This document shows, one piece after another, positions 13,375 to 25,946 of a stretch of DNA of 64,000 nucleotides; positions within the stretch are counted from its first letter, which is position 1; the number at the start of each line of letters is the position of its first letter. Position numbers and translations under genes: made by a program. A model generated the notes under the pieces. It worked only from the letters and a program-made list of their open reading frames with translations. It did no database searches and was not told the origin of the DNA. The DNA comes from Cetorhinus maximus (taxonomy: Eukaryota): positions 118,606,001-118,670,000 of the forward strand of contig NC_135880.1 of assembly GCF_964194155.1 (NCBI RefSeq). The letters are read 5' to 3'.

Positions 13375-14857
13375 GAAGGCTATGGGCCCCGACAACATTC
13401 CAGCAATAGTACTGAAGACCTGTGCTCCAGAACTAGCTGCGCCCCTAGCCAAGCTGCTCCAGTACAGCTACAACACAGAGATTAACTGGATGCTACGAAA
13501 AATTGCCCTGTCCACAAAAAGCAGGACAAATCCAATCCGGCCAATTATCACCCCATCAACCTACTCTCGATCATCAGCAAAGTGATACAGAATGCCATTG
13601 ACAGTGATATCAAATGACACTGCCGGGGCTACTCGGCTCCTGTGCTTCTTACAGCCTTGATTCAAACATAGACAAAAGAGCTGAGCTCAAGAGGTGAGGT
13701 GACGGTGACTGCCCTTTGACAGCAAGGCAGCATTTGACCAAATGTGACATCAAGGAGACCTTGCAAAATTGAAGTCAATGGGAATTAGGGGAAAATTCTC
13801 CATTGGATGGAGTCATACCTAGCATAAAGGAAGATGGTTGTGGTTGTTGGAGGTCAATCATCCCAGTCTTAGGACATCGCTCTCAGAGTTCCTCAGGGTA
13901 GTGTCCTGGTGCTAACCATCTTCAGCTGCTTTACCAATGACCTTCCCTTCATCATAAGGTCATATTTGGGGTTGTTCACTGATAAAAGCACAATGTTCAG
14001 TACCATTTGAAACTCCTCAGATGCCTAATCAGTCCTTGTCTATATGCAGCAAGACCTGGGCAACATTCAGGCTTGGACCGATAAATGGCAAGTGACATTT
14101 AAGTCACACAAGTGCCAGGCATAGAGCATCTCCAACAAGAGAGAATCTAACCATCTCCCCTTGACATTCAATGGCATTACAATCACTGAATCCTCCACTA
14201 TCAACATTCTGGGGGTTACCATTGACCAGAAACTGAATTGGACTAGCCATATAAATACTGTGGCTACAAGAGCAGGTCAGAGGTTAGGAATCCTGCAGTG
14301 AGTAACTCACCTCCTGACTCCCCAAAGGTTGTCCACCATCTACAAGGCACAATTCAGCAGTGTGATGGAATGCTCTTCACTTGCTTGGATGAGTGCAGCT
14401 CCAACAACATTCAAGAAGCTTGATACCTTCCAGGACAAAGCAGCCCACTTGATTGGCACCCCATCCACCACCTTAAACATTCACTCCCTCCACCACTGGC
14501 ATACAGTGGCAGCAGTGTGCACCACATTCAAGATCACTGCTGCAACTCAACAAGGCTCCTTTAACAGCATCTTCCAAACTCACGACTACTATCACCTAGA
14601 CGGACAAGGGCAGTATATGCATGGGAACATCAACACCCACAGCCCCCAAAAAGCCACAGACCATCTTGACTTGGAACTATATTGCCATGCCTGCACTGTC
14701 GTTGGGTCAAAATCCTGGAACTCCCTTCCTATCAGCACCATATAGGCTGCAGCAGTTCAAGAAGGTGGCTCACCACAACCTCCTCAAGGACAATTATGGA
14801 TAGGCAACAAATGCTGGCTTTACATATGGCGCTCACATCCCATGAAAGAATAAAAAA
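13375..14857 (+). mobile_element. 5'-truncated CR1-group LINE (family A)
   Basis: GPDNIPAIVLKTCAPELAAPLAKLLQ, RT motifs with stops, and the same tail as 2600-3859. Confidence 0.92.
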
Positions 14858-14976
14858 TGTTAGAACGAGGCTGAATTTTCCATCCGCACAATGGTTGTGG
14901 CCGTCAAATTTTGCAATGTCTCTCGGTGTCAACATAAAATCCCTTACCTCAATGAAACAGGTCAGAAAATTGGTGG

Positions 14977-15203
14977 TAAAAGCAAAATACTGTGGATGCT
15001 GGAAATCTGAAATAGAAACAGAAAATGCTGGAAAAACTCAGCAGGTCTGACAGCATCTGTGGAGAGAGAAAAAGAGTTAGCATTTTGAGTCCGTATGACT
15101 TCTTCAGAGAAGAGTCATACTGACTCGAAACATTAACTCTGTTTCTCTCTCCACAGATGCTGCCAGACCTGCGAGTTTTTGAGCGTTTTCTGTTTTTATT
15201 TCG
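14977..15203. mobile_element. Inverted-repeat Penelope-like terminal element (degenerate)
   Basis: Imperfect palindrome (CAGCAGGTCTGACAGCATCTGTGGAGAGAGAAA versus TTTCTCTCTCCACAGATGCTGCCAGACCTGC). Flanking direct repeats GAAAATTGGTGG and GAAAATTGATGG. Confidence 0.75.
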
Positions 15204-15584
15204 GAAAATTGATGGGGTGGGATCTCCACCCAATCCTTGTCTAAGCTGCTGAACTTGGTCTGTTTCACTGTGACAGGGTATTTTGCATATGTACAGTGAG
15301 CACTGTGCCTTTTGATGGCAGTACAGCAATGCACCCTGCCCCTCATGTGAGGGGCAGTTGGGGTGGCGGGGAGAATGGGAAGAAGGAAACTGTAAGACTG
15401 TATTGGCACAGATCATCATGTATGGTGCTGGTGTGTGAAGAGGAATACTTTCCTCTAAAATTCAAAATGTTTAAGTTTTCTCCTTTAATTGAGGCAAATG
15501 TATCAGTGTAATCAATTACTGTGTGCTCTATGCCACATCTTTAAATTTGAATCCCCTTTCCCACATTTCCTTCGCCCAAAGGAT

Positions 15585-15805
15585 TGTGAGTCTTTGCAAT
15601 TCTCCAGCTCAGAGTTGTGGATGCTCAATTTATGAATATATTAAAGGCTGAGATTGACTGATACTTGGTCCCTCAGTGAACCAAGGAATGTGGGGAGCAG
15701 GCAGAAAATGGAGTTGAGGCCAAAAATTGGCCATAATCGTATTGAATGGTGGAGCATCGAGAGGGTGTAAGGTCTACTCCTGCTCCTATTTCCTATATTA
15801 TTCTG
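15585..15805 (+). mobile_element. CR1 3' end fragment
   Basis: AAGGCTGAGATTGA...GAATGGTGGAGCA...CTACTCCTGCTCCTATTTC, a typical CR1 terminus. Confidence 0.7.
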
Positions 15806-16049
15806 TATCGCTAACAGTAATGGTGTGTGCCAGCAATGCAGTCAAACTTATTGTGTCTAACATCCCTAAGATGCGATTACAAGAAATACATCGTATGATG
15901 TCATTCTGCCCACATTTTCATGGGTGGCTCAAATGCTCTAAGTCACTTCTATGGAGAAATGCTGTTGAATTGCAGGAAGCTCACCAATATTCCTCCTCTG
16001 ACCAACTAGGTTATGCCAATTTACAGACATAACTTATCAGGAAAAATTG

Positions 16050-17170
16050 GCAATCATACTGGAGGGAGGTATATTGTGATGCTCCCCAGGGGTCTGTATT
16101 AGGACCACTGCTCTTTTTTGATATACGTACTAATGACCTGGACTTGGGCAGAGTTTCAAAGTCTGCGGATGACATGCAGTAAACAGTGGGAAACGTAATA
16201 ATAGACTGGTGAAATGGGCAGTCACATGGCAGATGTAATTTAATGCAGCGATGCAATTTAGTGCATTTTAGTAATCAGAAAGGGGAGAGGCAATATAAAC
16301 TGAAGGTTACAATTTTAAAGGTAGCAGGTAAGCTGGGAGAGCTGTTAAAAAGTGTATGGGATCCTTGGATTGTAAACAGAGGCAAAGGGCAGGATTTGCC
16401 CCTCGTCAGGCGGGCGGGCCTGGGAACAGCTCTGACCGCGATAACGCGCACTGAGCGCTTCAACGCTGCCGGGGTCGGGGGGGGGAGGAGGGCGATCGCT
16501 GAGGTCTGCACATGCACGGGGGAGCATGCACCGAAAGCTCCCTGATGGCACAGAGCTGCCTCATCAAGCTGAATAATTTTAAAATGAAAAGTCAACATTT
16601 TACAAATGATATAAGCATGTCCCCACATGTGACTCAGTCACACAAAGAGGGACACGTAAAAATTATTTTTTTTTAGTTACCGTTGGAAGCCTCATCCCGC
16701 CTGTGGACGAGGTTTCATAAAAAATGCAAAGGCCGCATGGCCTATTCGCCCGCCCAGCAACTGAACGGTTGAGCGGGCAGTGGAAAATATAAATTAATTA
16801 CTTGTTTGAGGGCCTTAATAGGCCTCTGAATTGTCGGTGGATGCGCTGCCGCCTCTTGGTACGCCTGCCAACCGAAAGATCATGAGAGTGTGCGATGACA
16901 TTGGGACGCTCGCCCGACATCATCGTGCACTATTTCACTCCCGTTCAGGTTGGGCGCGTGCCCGCCCGCGGGACAAAAAACTCTGCCCATAGAGCACAAA
17001 AGCAAGGCAGCAGGTTAAACCTATATAAGTTGCTAGTTAGGTTTCAGCTGGAGTATTGTGTTCAAGTCTGGGCACCACACTTTAGCGATAATGTCAGGGC
17101 AATGGAGTTTTACTAGAATGGTACTAGGGATGCGGAACATCACTTACGTGGAGAGACTAGAGAAGCTGAG
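16050..17170 (+). mobile_element. Decayed CR1 RT fragment split by a MITE
   Basis: PQGSVLGPLLF..TNDLD and ADD before the MITE, then LYKLLVRFQLEYCVQVWAPHF after it. Confidence 0.75.
16387..16988. mobile_element. Harbinger-type MITE inserted in CR1
   Basis: Ends GGGCAGGATTT and AAACTCTGCCC. Removing it restores the CR1 sequence AGAGGC-ATA-GAGCACAAAAGC. Flanks are AAA and ATA. Confidence 0.8.
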
Positions 17171-17189
17171 GTAGTCCAAAGTCCAAATT

Positions 17190-18482
17190 GTTCATGTAAA
17201 TTGTGAACAGCAGTGGCCCCAGCACTGATCCTTGTGGAGCAGCATTTCCCACCTTCTGCCACTCTGAATAACTAACCTTCAGCTTTCTGTCTTGAAGCTA
17301 TCTAGCAATCCACGCAACCACTTGGCCTCTGACTCCAGGGGCAGCATTTTATGGGGAGAGGGGGTTGCTGTTGGTGAATGGCTCACCCAGAGAAGGTAAG
17401 TTGGCTGGAAGCCAACTCGCTCTGTGCAAGCAACTGCGGGAGTCCTAAATTAGCTCACAGTGGGAATTCCACTCCTCACTGTGGAGGAAGTCCCGCCCTC
17501 GGGAGCTGCCAACCAATCTGATTGGCTGGCAGCTCCAGCTGTCCCAGCAGCACCAAGTGCTCAGGAGTGGGTGTCACTGGGCCTACAACCAGTCCCAAGA
17601 GGAAGGCCCACTGGATCCTGGAGTGAGGTAAATCTGGGGTATTGAGCAGGGAGGGTTTGGCCAGCTTAGGGAAGGGGGCAGGAGTGGTGGGTTTTAGAGA
17701 TCAGGCAGGTAGGAAAGGGGGGTTAACTATCTTGCGGGGCTGCCACTGATGCACAAAGGGTACCTCCAAAAGATAGTACCCCACACTTCCTCCCACCCTT
17801 TTAAAAACTTATTTTAAAAAATGGCCCACCTGCTCCCACACATCTGCCCACGCCAACCATATTATGGCAAGCTCATTTTTAACAAGCTCATCTAACCCAT
17901 GGTTATTTATTTACATATGGTGGGCAGCTGCTGATTTGGCACCCACCCACCTACCGTGTTATGGGGGTAAGCTCAGGAGAGGGTGGGAAGGGGATGGGTG
18001 TGCACCTGCACTATTTTAGGTGCCCACCTCCCAACAAAAATACGCCTGGTGGGGGCACATAAAATCCAACCCAAATTTTCTGATCTTATTCATTAGTCTA
18101 TTATTGGGCACCTCATCGAAGGCCTTTTGAAAATCCAGATAAATTACATCTACTGCATTACCATTGTCTACTCTCTCTGTTACCTTCTCAAAAAATTCAA
18201 TTATCCCTTTTGACTTTGTTTAGTTTGTTCAATACATCCCCTTTTTTATTTTAAATACACTTATCTCATTATTCATCTCAGCGTTCAATGTCATGTCTAT
18301 CTATCTATCTCCCTCGTGAATACCGAAGCAAAATAATTATTTGAATATTTCTGCCATCTCTCTATCATTACCTGTCTATCCCTTAATAGCCAAATTCCCA
18401 ACATAATCTTTCTTTTTTTATTAGGGTGGCTGTAAAACATTTTACTATTTTGTTTTTCATTTTTTGATAATTTAGTTTCATA
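17190..18482 (-). mobile_element. Old CR1 fragment (reverse), interrupted by a MITE and by the Harbinger at 18483; probably resumes near 25015-25110
   Basis: Reverse strand gives PQGSVLGPLL and DVIYLDFQKAFDEVP (rc of GGCACCTCATCGAAGGCCTTTTGAAAATCCAGATAAATTACATC). Confidence 0.7.
17339..18072. mobile_element. Harbinger-type MITE inserted in CR1
   Basis: Ends GGGCAGCATTTTATG and CATAAAATCCAACCC. CR1 sequence is on both sides. Confidence 0.7.
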
Positions 18483-20699
18483 GGATGGAATCTTCTACTC
18501 CTGCCAGCAGTGAGAATCATGGCAGGTGGGGGTACTTAATTTGGCATGAATGAAAAAAATCAGTTTCCCACCTGGGGAAAAATAGTCTGGAATTTTTTTC
18601 TCCCGATTTTCCAAGTGGGTAAAAGGCAGGTCGAGTTTCCTGCTAAGCAATGTCAGGAGCCCCATTTTCATTCATTAGCATATCATGAATGCTCATTAAA
18701 AGGCCAACTCACTGGAATCACATTCCCCTTCCAAATGAAGTGCCCCACCAGCAGATAATTAGAATGTTTTGTTTTACGACTGTATGTAAGTGGCGCGCAC
18801 CTGGCAAGCTTCACCCACGACTTGGAGGTCAGTAGATGCTGCTTTTGCCTTCCTTTTACACCGTCACTGAAATATATTGGATGCCTGTAGCACAAGCTGT
18901 TCCAAGGCTGGGCATGGGAGGCATGATTAGAAGGGATGGGTGAGACAGATGCAGGACTGGGGTCGGGGCGGTGCAAGGACCAGAGTGAAAGACTGTCCAT
19001 AAGTAAAAGTTGAAAGACTGTCCAGGGAAGGTTGAGCGACTGTCCTAGGGCTGAGGCCACTCTGTTTGGGGAAGGTTGAGAAGCTGTCCTGGGGTCAGGC
19101 CATGCTGTCTGGGACATATTGAGGAGACTGTCTTGGGGCTTATGAGCCATGTTAGAGGGCTCCGAATGGCACACATGTCTTGTGGAATGGGAGGAGTGGG
19201 AGGGGGTGGGGGCGGCAGGAAGTGGGCGGGGAGGGGCTCTCTGGACAATGAAGTTCGTGGAAAGAATGGTGTGTAGGATGTGGTCAATGAACTAAGGCAT
19301 TTAAATGGGGGGGGGTCATAGTATTGGGAGACAGGGGGCACAGTAGCATTCAGGGGAGGGATCTGGATTCTGCAGATCAGTAACTGAAAAATCATGGGGG
19401 GGTGGTTTCAAAAAGTAAGGGTGCATGTGGCCTTGAGAAGGGGAAGGGTCAGGTCGATAAAGGGCATGGGGACATAAACATTGAAGGGATCAGGGGGAGA
19501 ACAGGAATATCAACATGGATAATGATGGGGTCAAGGGTAATGGGAGAGGCTGGATAATTACAGGAGGGATGGGAATTAGGAGGTGGCGACTATAGAGGAG
19601 GATGGGAGAAACATGATGGGTGATGGGGGAGGTTGGAAGCTGGTTGTACTCATGAATCTAATGAGCACCACCTTCACCTTCAGTGACCAATGATGCAGTT
19701 GGAAAAACAAGCTTGAAGAAACGATATGGAAGGAGTCTTAAGGCATGTGGGAGGAGTTCAGCACAACTATTTTGGACTGATTGAAGGAGCATCCTATTAA
19801 TTACCTGCTCAAGCCATGGAGAACAGGGCTCAGCTGAGTGCTGGATTCAAGGGTCTAATGTATAATGAACACGTTTTGCACCTTCACTAATGGTGCACAT
19901 TCAGGCAAGAATCCATTAAGTCTTGGTGCTGCAGTAAATTAATGATATTAATGGCCCTATGTTCCTGGAAGAGGCATTTAAAAAGGGAAGGAGGATCAAC
20001 AAATCAAGGGCCCCAGCTGCTGGGCAGAAGCTGCATGCACACTACAAGCCTCAATATTCCTATCCCAGAAGGAAAAAACAGTTCGGACCAGTATTCTTAT
20101 TTCCCAGTTTTTACTGTTTTTTCCTTCTGGGATTGTACTAGTCATGGCTTACAAGGCACCATGCTTACAGTCATGACATAAGTACAAGGCTAGAGTACTG
20201 ATAGATCGTTTCTAGGCTACTGGAGGCAAGCTGACAATAGCCTGACTGAGGATTATAGCACGTGGTTGTATTGACACTAATCAAACCCTCATAGAGAATG
20301 CGCAGTTTTGTCTGAGGGGAATGCTCTGCCACCTGTGGACCTCCAGGATGTTATTCACCTGCAAGGGGTGGCCTGGGGATGCCATATCTAGATTGAGGGC
20401 AGGTCAAGGGATTGACACTGGATTCCTGGCTTGGAGATGGAGGGAGACCATTCAAGGGGAATTATTAATGATGGCTCAATTCTATTCATTCACAGATACA
20501 AGGAGTGGAGAACCCAGGCTGCAGGCAATGCTGCCTTGGTGACAGCTGTGAATCAAATGAGGAGAAGAAAGGCCGGTCACCGATTGTCACAACTCTGGGA
20601 AGACCATCGGCCTGAGGAGCAAGAGGCAGTGGGGCCCCAGGACATTCCAGATGCTGTCGAGGAGGGGAAAAATCCACAAAGACGTGTGGTGTGACTATA

Positions 20700-21730
20700 A
20701 GTATGTATAAAACACAGCTCATATATAGAAATAAGCGAAAGACAATGCAGCAGGAGCCTTCACTTGTCTAGGGGTGTGGTAGCTCACATTAATCACCTTC
20801 TCCGAGAGGAATTTGGGGGGAAGGACTTGGGGGGAATCCCATGCTGGTTGCTTTGAAGGTGACCGCTACACTGAACATTTTTGCTAGCAGGTCCTTCCAG
20901 GGCTGCACTGGGGACCTTTGTGGAGTATCACAATCAGTGACGCATAAATACATAAGGGAGATTACAGACGGCCTTTTCAATAAAGCTCACCATTACGTAC
21001 AGTTCCGCATGGATGATGCAAGTCAGGCTGCCAGAGCTGTGATCTCAGGTTTCCCGCAAGTGCAGGGTGCCATTGACTGCACACATGTGGCCTTGAGAGC
21101 TGCCTAGCAGCAGCCATTGAGATTTATAAATAGAAAAATATTTCATTCTCTGATCGTCCACATAATTAGTGATCACAGAAAGCAGATCCTGCATGTGTGT
21201 GCTAGGTATCCAGGGAGCAGTCACGACTCTTACATCTTGATTCGCACTCAGGTGCCACAGGTCATTGAGGGACCTGAATGCTTGCAGGATTGGCTCCTCA
21301 GGGACAAAGGGTACCTCCAGAAGACACCTGTTGACACCTGTTCGCCATCCATATAGTGCAGCTGAGGACAGATACAGTGAAGCACATTTTGCCACAAGGT
21401 CCTTAATAGAGTAAACGATTGAGCTCCTGAAGATGTGTTTCCGATGTTTAGACTAATCATGTGGGACTCCCCAATACTCACCAGACAGAGTGTCCCACAT
21501 CATCGTTGTTTGCTGTGCCCTGCACACCCATGCATTGCAAAGGTGAGATGTGTTGCCTGTGGGAGACATTGAGGATCTAGACGTCTCCCCGGAAAAGGAG
21601 GATGTTGAAGGGGATGGCTCTGAAGAGGGTGAGGATTCAGATGAGTCACATGAGGATGCCATTGCATGGGCATGAATGGCATTCATGCCTGAGACAACCT
21701 CATTGTTACAAAATTCCAGCAGGAATGAGG
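20700..21730 (+). pseudogene. Harbinger DDE transposase (HARBI1-like), disrupted
   Basis: LKVTATLNIFASRSFQ...GFPQVQGAIDCTHV; FINRKIFHSL; ARYPGSSHDSYIL; DKGY; CCALH followed by an acidic tail. Stops and frameshifts present. Confidence 0.92.
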
Positions 21731-23037
21731 TGATGACAAATTTTCACAATCAATCTTTAATGCTTAGCGCTTGGACGTCTCAAGAGGGAGCAGCATCCAG
21801 AGAGCTGCACTTGTCCCATCACCAGCTCTCACCAATGCATAATGCTGAGGCATCATCTTGCTACTGACCCCCAATCGCCCTTCACACATCAGGATGCGCT
21901 GACATTTAACTCTACATCATGCAGCAAAGCTGCGGGGTTTGTTTCCATCGTCCTCACAGAGTGCTTCACCAGGACAATGGTTTGATGAGTACCAAACACT
22001 CAAGACTCTGCAATTGGAAGCCTGACAAGTCTCTGTCCTGGATGACCATTGCATTAGGGTGAAACTTTGCCCAGTCATTACTGACACAACAGCCAATGAC
22101 AACATCTTCTTTGCAGAGTCTCTGCTGAGGCTTTAGGAGATTTGCAAATTCATCGCTTTCAGAGCATGACAGTCCTCGACAAGGTCCAGCTCACAAAGGC
22201 CATTCCTTTCTATATACCCCAAGTCAATGAGAGCACTGTCATGCAATGAATTTCAGATTGAGTTGTGTGCTGTTCCTTTACACAAGAAGCACGTAAAGTC
22301 CTGGTAAGTAGGCGTCCAGATCCAATGAAAGGTAGTCACAGGTAAGGAGATGGCTTCATCAAGATGAGTATGCACCGCTGACATTACACACTCAAACTCC
22401 TCTTGCAGACATTAGTAAGTTTCCTGACTGAACATTACTTCCCTAGTTCAGCGCCATGCATGGGGAGAGTGGGAACTCAACCTTGAACATGGACGCTACA
22501 TCTTCCTGCAGAGGGGCATGGAAGCCTATAGACTCCAAAGTTTGACACTTTTTTCATGAACTGGCTCTCATAAAGTTAACACCATTGCAAACCACACATT
22601 GGAGAAACAAAAATCATGTTAGTCTCGACTACTACTTGTCTTCCCTAAACAATAGACAGCAGCAGGACCATCACTTACCTTGATGAGCGCCTCTCCAGAG
22701 CTCAAAACATGTCTGCCTGAGATTGAAGGATGACAGGTATATTGGCCAGGCATCAGTGTCACATATGATGTGCACTTCTTGATGTCGCAGATGTGGAAAT
22801 AAAGGCAACTCACAGTGGTGAGATTGCGTGAGAATTTCTGCAACTGAAGATCCAGATGGGAGTTCTTTGGGGACCTACATTTTGGACCCTTGAATGACCA
22901 TGGGACATTGAAGAAAATTAAATATCAAATTAATCCATGAGACTTGGAGGAGGGTTAATGCATTACAGAAGTAAAAAGTCAAATCAATGAGTGAGCACCC
23001 ATGGCACCATTGCGCATTCAAAACTTCAAAATTTTTC

Positions 23038-24745
23038 TTACCCTACTGCTCCGCCTAGGTGCAGCCCCAACATCCACAGCAGAGGAGGAGGCAGCCGCTG
23101 ACTGCTATGCCTTGTTGTTGTCTGAGATGATTTAGGCAGGTGTCCTCTGCTGGCCCGAAGCCTTGAGGGCCCTAGCCTGCTAAGGGACTCCTGCTCAGGT
23201 GCCCTCCTCGGCCTGACCTTGGAGTTGATGCAGTCACTGGCAGAGGGGAGTTGGAGCAGCAGGGCATCTTTGGAGTGTCCTGGGTGGATACCCCTGGGGT
23301 GCCTGGCTGGCAATCCTTCTCCCTTTGGGTGCCTGATGGCCCCTTCCTGAATCCTTGAGAAGGGCATCTGGAGGGAGGTTGGGGTGCCCAATCGTCCTCT
23401 CGCCTAGCCACTGCTGGAATGCACTCATGGCTAGAGCTATGGTGTGCAGGTCCGAGCGCAAATCTGGCAGAAGCTGCTGGATCTGGGTCTCCAAGGCAGC
23501 TGCCACCCTTCCCACGGAGACTTCGATGCATTTGCATGCCGGAGCCATGACATCAGACAGAACGTGGACGGACACCCCCATCCTTCGGTCCAGTCTGCTG
23601 ATGGCCTCTGATAACTCTGCCTACTGTTCCATTGCCTGTCTCTACATCTCCAACATGTCTCATAGGGCTGGTTCCAGAGGCTCATCATCAGACTCAGTTT
23701 CAGCAGGAGCATGGTCTCCAGGAGTCCTCCAAGCGTCAGAGACCTCAGCTGTCACTGCCTCCACCAGCTGTAGACCCGTGTCTGTGAGGTGATCACCAGA
23801 TATTGAACCTGAACCTACTTTAGAACTAGGTCCCATCGAGGTGCGTCTAACTGTGCTGGTAGAGGGTGCAGGTGAACAACAGCCTCCCTCCGAGGATAAT
23901 TCTGCTTCTTCCTCAGAAGTGTCTGCAGGCTGAGGCTGGGGCTGAGTCTTCTTTTGGAGGAAGTCCTCCCCCTTTTCTTACTGGTACCTGGAGTAGAGAG
24001 AAGAGAGAATTAGTGATTGAATAAGTAGACTCATACATTAATGATTACTCATTGTCTGCATGTTGTCAAAGTATACTGGATGCATCCTCACTAGCTTGTT
24101 GGGGCGTCTGACATTGCCTTCCACGCAGGAACGATCCCTCTCCTCACCAGCAAGCTCTGAAGCCTGATCCTCAAACACTGGCAGGGTTCAGAACTCCAGG
24201 GCTCCCCCACCCATCGTGGCTTACTTTCTTTCGTTATGTGTAATCTTGTCCTGCATAAAGACAGATAGGTTAACTGTGAGCACAATGGATGAAAGAGCAG
24301 TTCAGAAGCATGCATGCCTGTTACCTCTGAGCAGCCCTCCTTGTAAGGGATTCTGACACTGTTTGTGCAAGAACTTACATGAGATTGTGAACTTAAAGTG
24401 GCTGACAGACATTCGGTGCTGATGTCCCATCTGCTGGTTATGTGTGACATCCCTGTTGGCTCTAACCCTTAGACTGCTTGATGCTTTATGAGAGGGAGAG
24501 TTTGGAGTGAGTAGAAGTTTCACTTATCCTGGTGGAGCTGAGCAGATCATTCATCTGTTTTCAGCAGTGCAAGGTGGTCCTTCTTTGGGTTCCACAGGTG
24601 CTAACTTCCCCAGTGACCTCCTCCCAGGCTGGCATGGTCAGGTGGGAGGACACCCTGCTCCCATCCCTCCTGCCTTTCTTGGGTGGCCTGGAAGAGAATC
24701 CAGAGGGAGGCTTCGCTGAACCATGGTGCTTCGCTTGGGTGCCAT
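23038..24745 (-). pseudogene. Harbinger Myb/SANT (MADF/trihelix-like) DNA-binding gene, three exons, disrupted
   Basis: APWFSEASL...AWEEVTGEVS...RT..HC*KQMNDL. Exon 2 begins after tatgcag near 24252 and exon 3 after ctccag near 23988, with a coiled-coil-like MGRVAAALETQ segment. Confidence 0.8.
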
Positions 24746-25710
24746 AGTTTTCCTCTTCACTGCAACATCTGGTCTGCAGTGAGTGAATGTCTGTCTGGGT
24801 GCTGTTTAAATATGGCGGCAGGACCTTCGACCCCATGAGGTTACAGCAGGGCGGGCGACTTCCTGCCCACCCCACCATGAGATTCGCTGAGCTTCTCGCT
24901 GATGCATAATTAATCTGATGAAAAGTGGAAGATCACACGTGTTCAGCTGTCTCACCGCCCAGCAGGAATTACAACGGCCACTGGACTTAGCCTCCAGAAT
25001 GGAAAATTCCACCCATTGTTCCTCCTTGCCTTCTTAATTGATTTTTAAAACTCATTTTCTATAGTCTTTGTCTTCCGTCTTATCATGCACTACTTTTCTA
25101 CTTATAGGACAATGTGGCACAGAATAGAAGGGAGCAGAAATGCATCGGAGGATCCCAGTTTTGGGACCTTGAATCCCTTCAAAGAAGCCAAACATAATCA
25201 CGAGGATCCTTCGAGGCTGTCCAAGGTAGCCTGCAAGTTCTGGTCATGACTGTGGAGTCTCTCACCAGATGAATTTGTACATTTGTGCAGGAGGTTTAAT
25301 GGCATCATAATCTATTGTGTGACAGGTGGTAACTAAACAGGAATCTGCAGGAAAAACCAATGGCAAGGGTCCTAGGCAAATTGGGAGTATCCCTCCTGAA
25401 GGCTTATACAACAGATATTAAGGTCTTGGGTTAAAATGTCGAATGTATGCTCTTGCATGCTTTAGTGAGCTGGTTGAATGGAAAGAGTCTTGATGCAGAG
25501 TTTAATTTCATAATTGCCCACAGTTCTGCTCCCATCTATATCACTGAATAAGCTGAGGGAATGCCCAATTCATCCTGTGTCGTGCTCTCGTAGACAAGAT
25601 GGTTCAGTTGAAGAGTGGCTTAGTCAGTTAAAAGTTATTCCACCATTAAAGTGGGTACAGTAATGTGGTGCTGTCAATAGAGTTGCTGAAGCAGTCTATA
25701 AAAGATACAA

Positions 25711-25946
25711 ACAAAAAGCTACTGCGGATGCTGGAAATCCAAAACAAAAACAGAATTACCTGGAAAAACTCAGCAGGTCTGGCAGCATCGGTGGAGAAGA
25801 AAAGAGTTGACGTTTCGAGTCCAACATGACCCTTCAACAGAACAGTTCTGTTGAAGGGTCATGTTGGACTCGAAACGTCAACTCTTTTCTTCTCCACCGA
25901 TGCTGCCAGACCTGCTGAGTTTTTCCAGGTAATTCTGTTTTTGTTT
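25711..25946. mobile_element. Palindromic Penelope-like terminal element with 14-bp TSD
   Basis: Perfect inverted repeat 25741-25843 / 25845-25947, with TATAAAAGATACAA directly repeated at 25697-25710 and 25947-25960. Confidence 0.88.
25844..25883 (+). ncRNA. Minimal type I hammerhead ribozyme-like motif (mirror copy on the - strand at 25805-25843)
   Basis: agtt-CTGTTGA-a-gggtc-atgttg-gactc-GAAA-cg-TC-aact: stem I agtt/aact, stem II gggtc/gactc, palindromic ACGT stem III, GUC site. The core has U in place of the conserved A6. Confidence 0.6.

Larger units (their letters stand above)
18483..25014. mobile_element. Full-length decayed PIF/Harbinger transposon (about 6.5 kb) with convergent transposase and Myb/SANT genes
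   Basis: Termini GGATGGAATCTTCT and GGAAAATTCCACCC (rc GGGTGGAATTTTCC), flanks ATA and ATT. Internal DDE transposase on + and Myb/SANT gene on -. Confidence 0.8.

Noticed and set aside
20700-21730. Possible host HARBI1 gene
   Set aside because: It has multiple stops and frameshifts, sits between TIRs, is paired with a Myb gene, and has a second paralog in the window, so it is a transposon copy.
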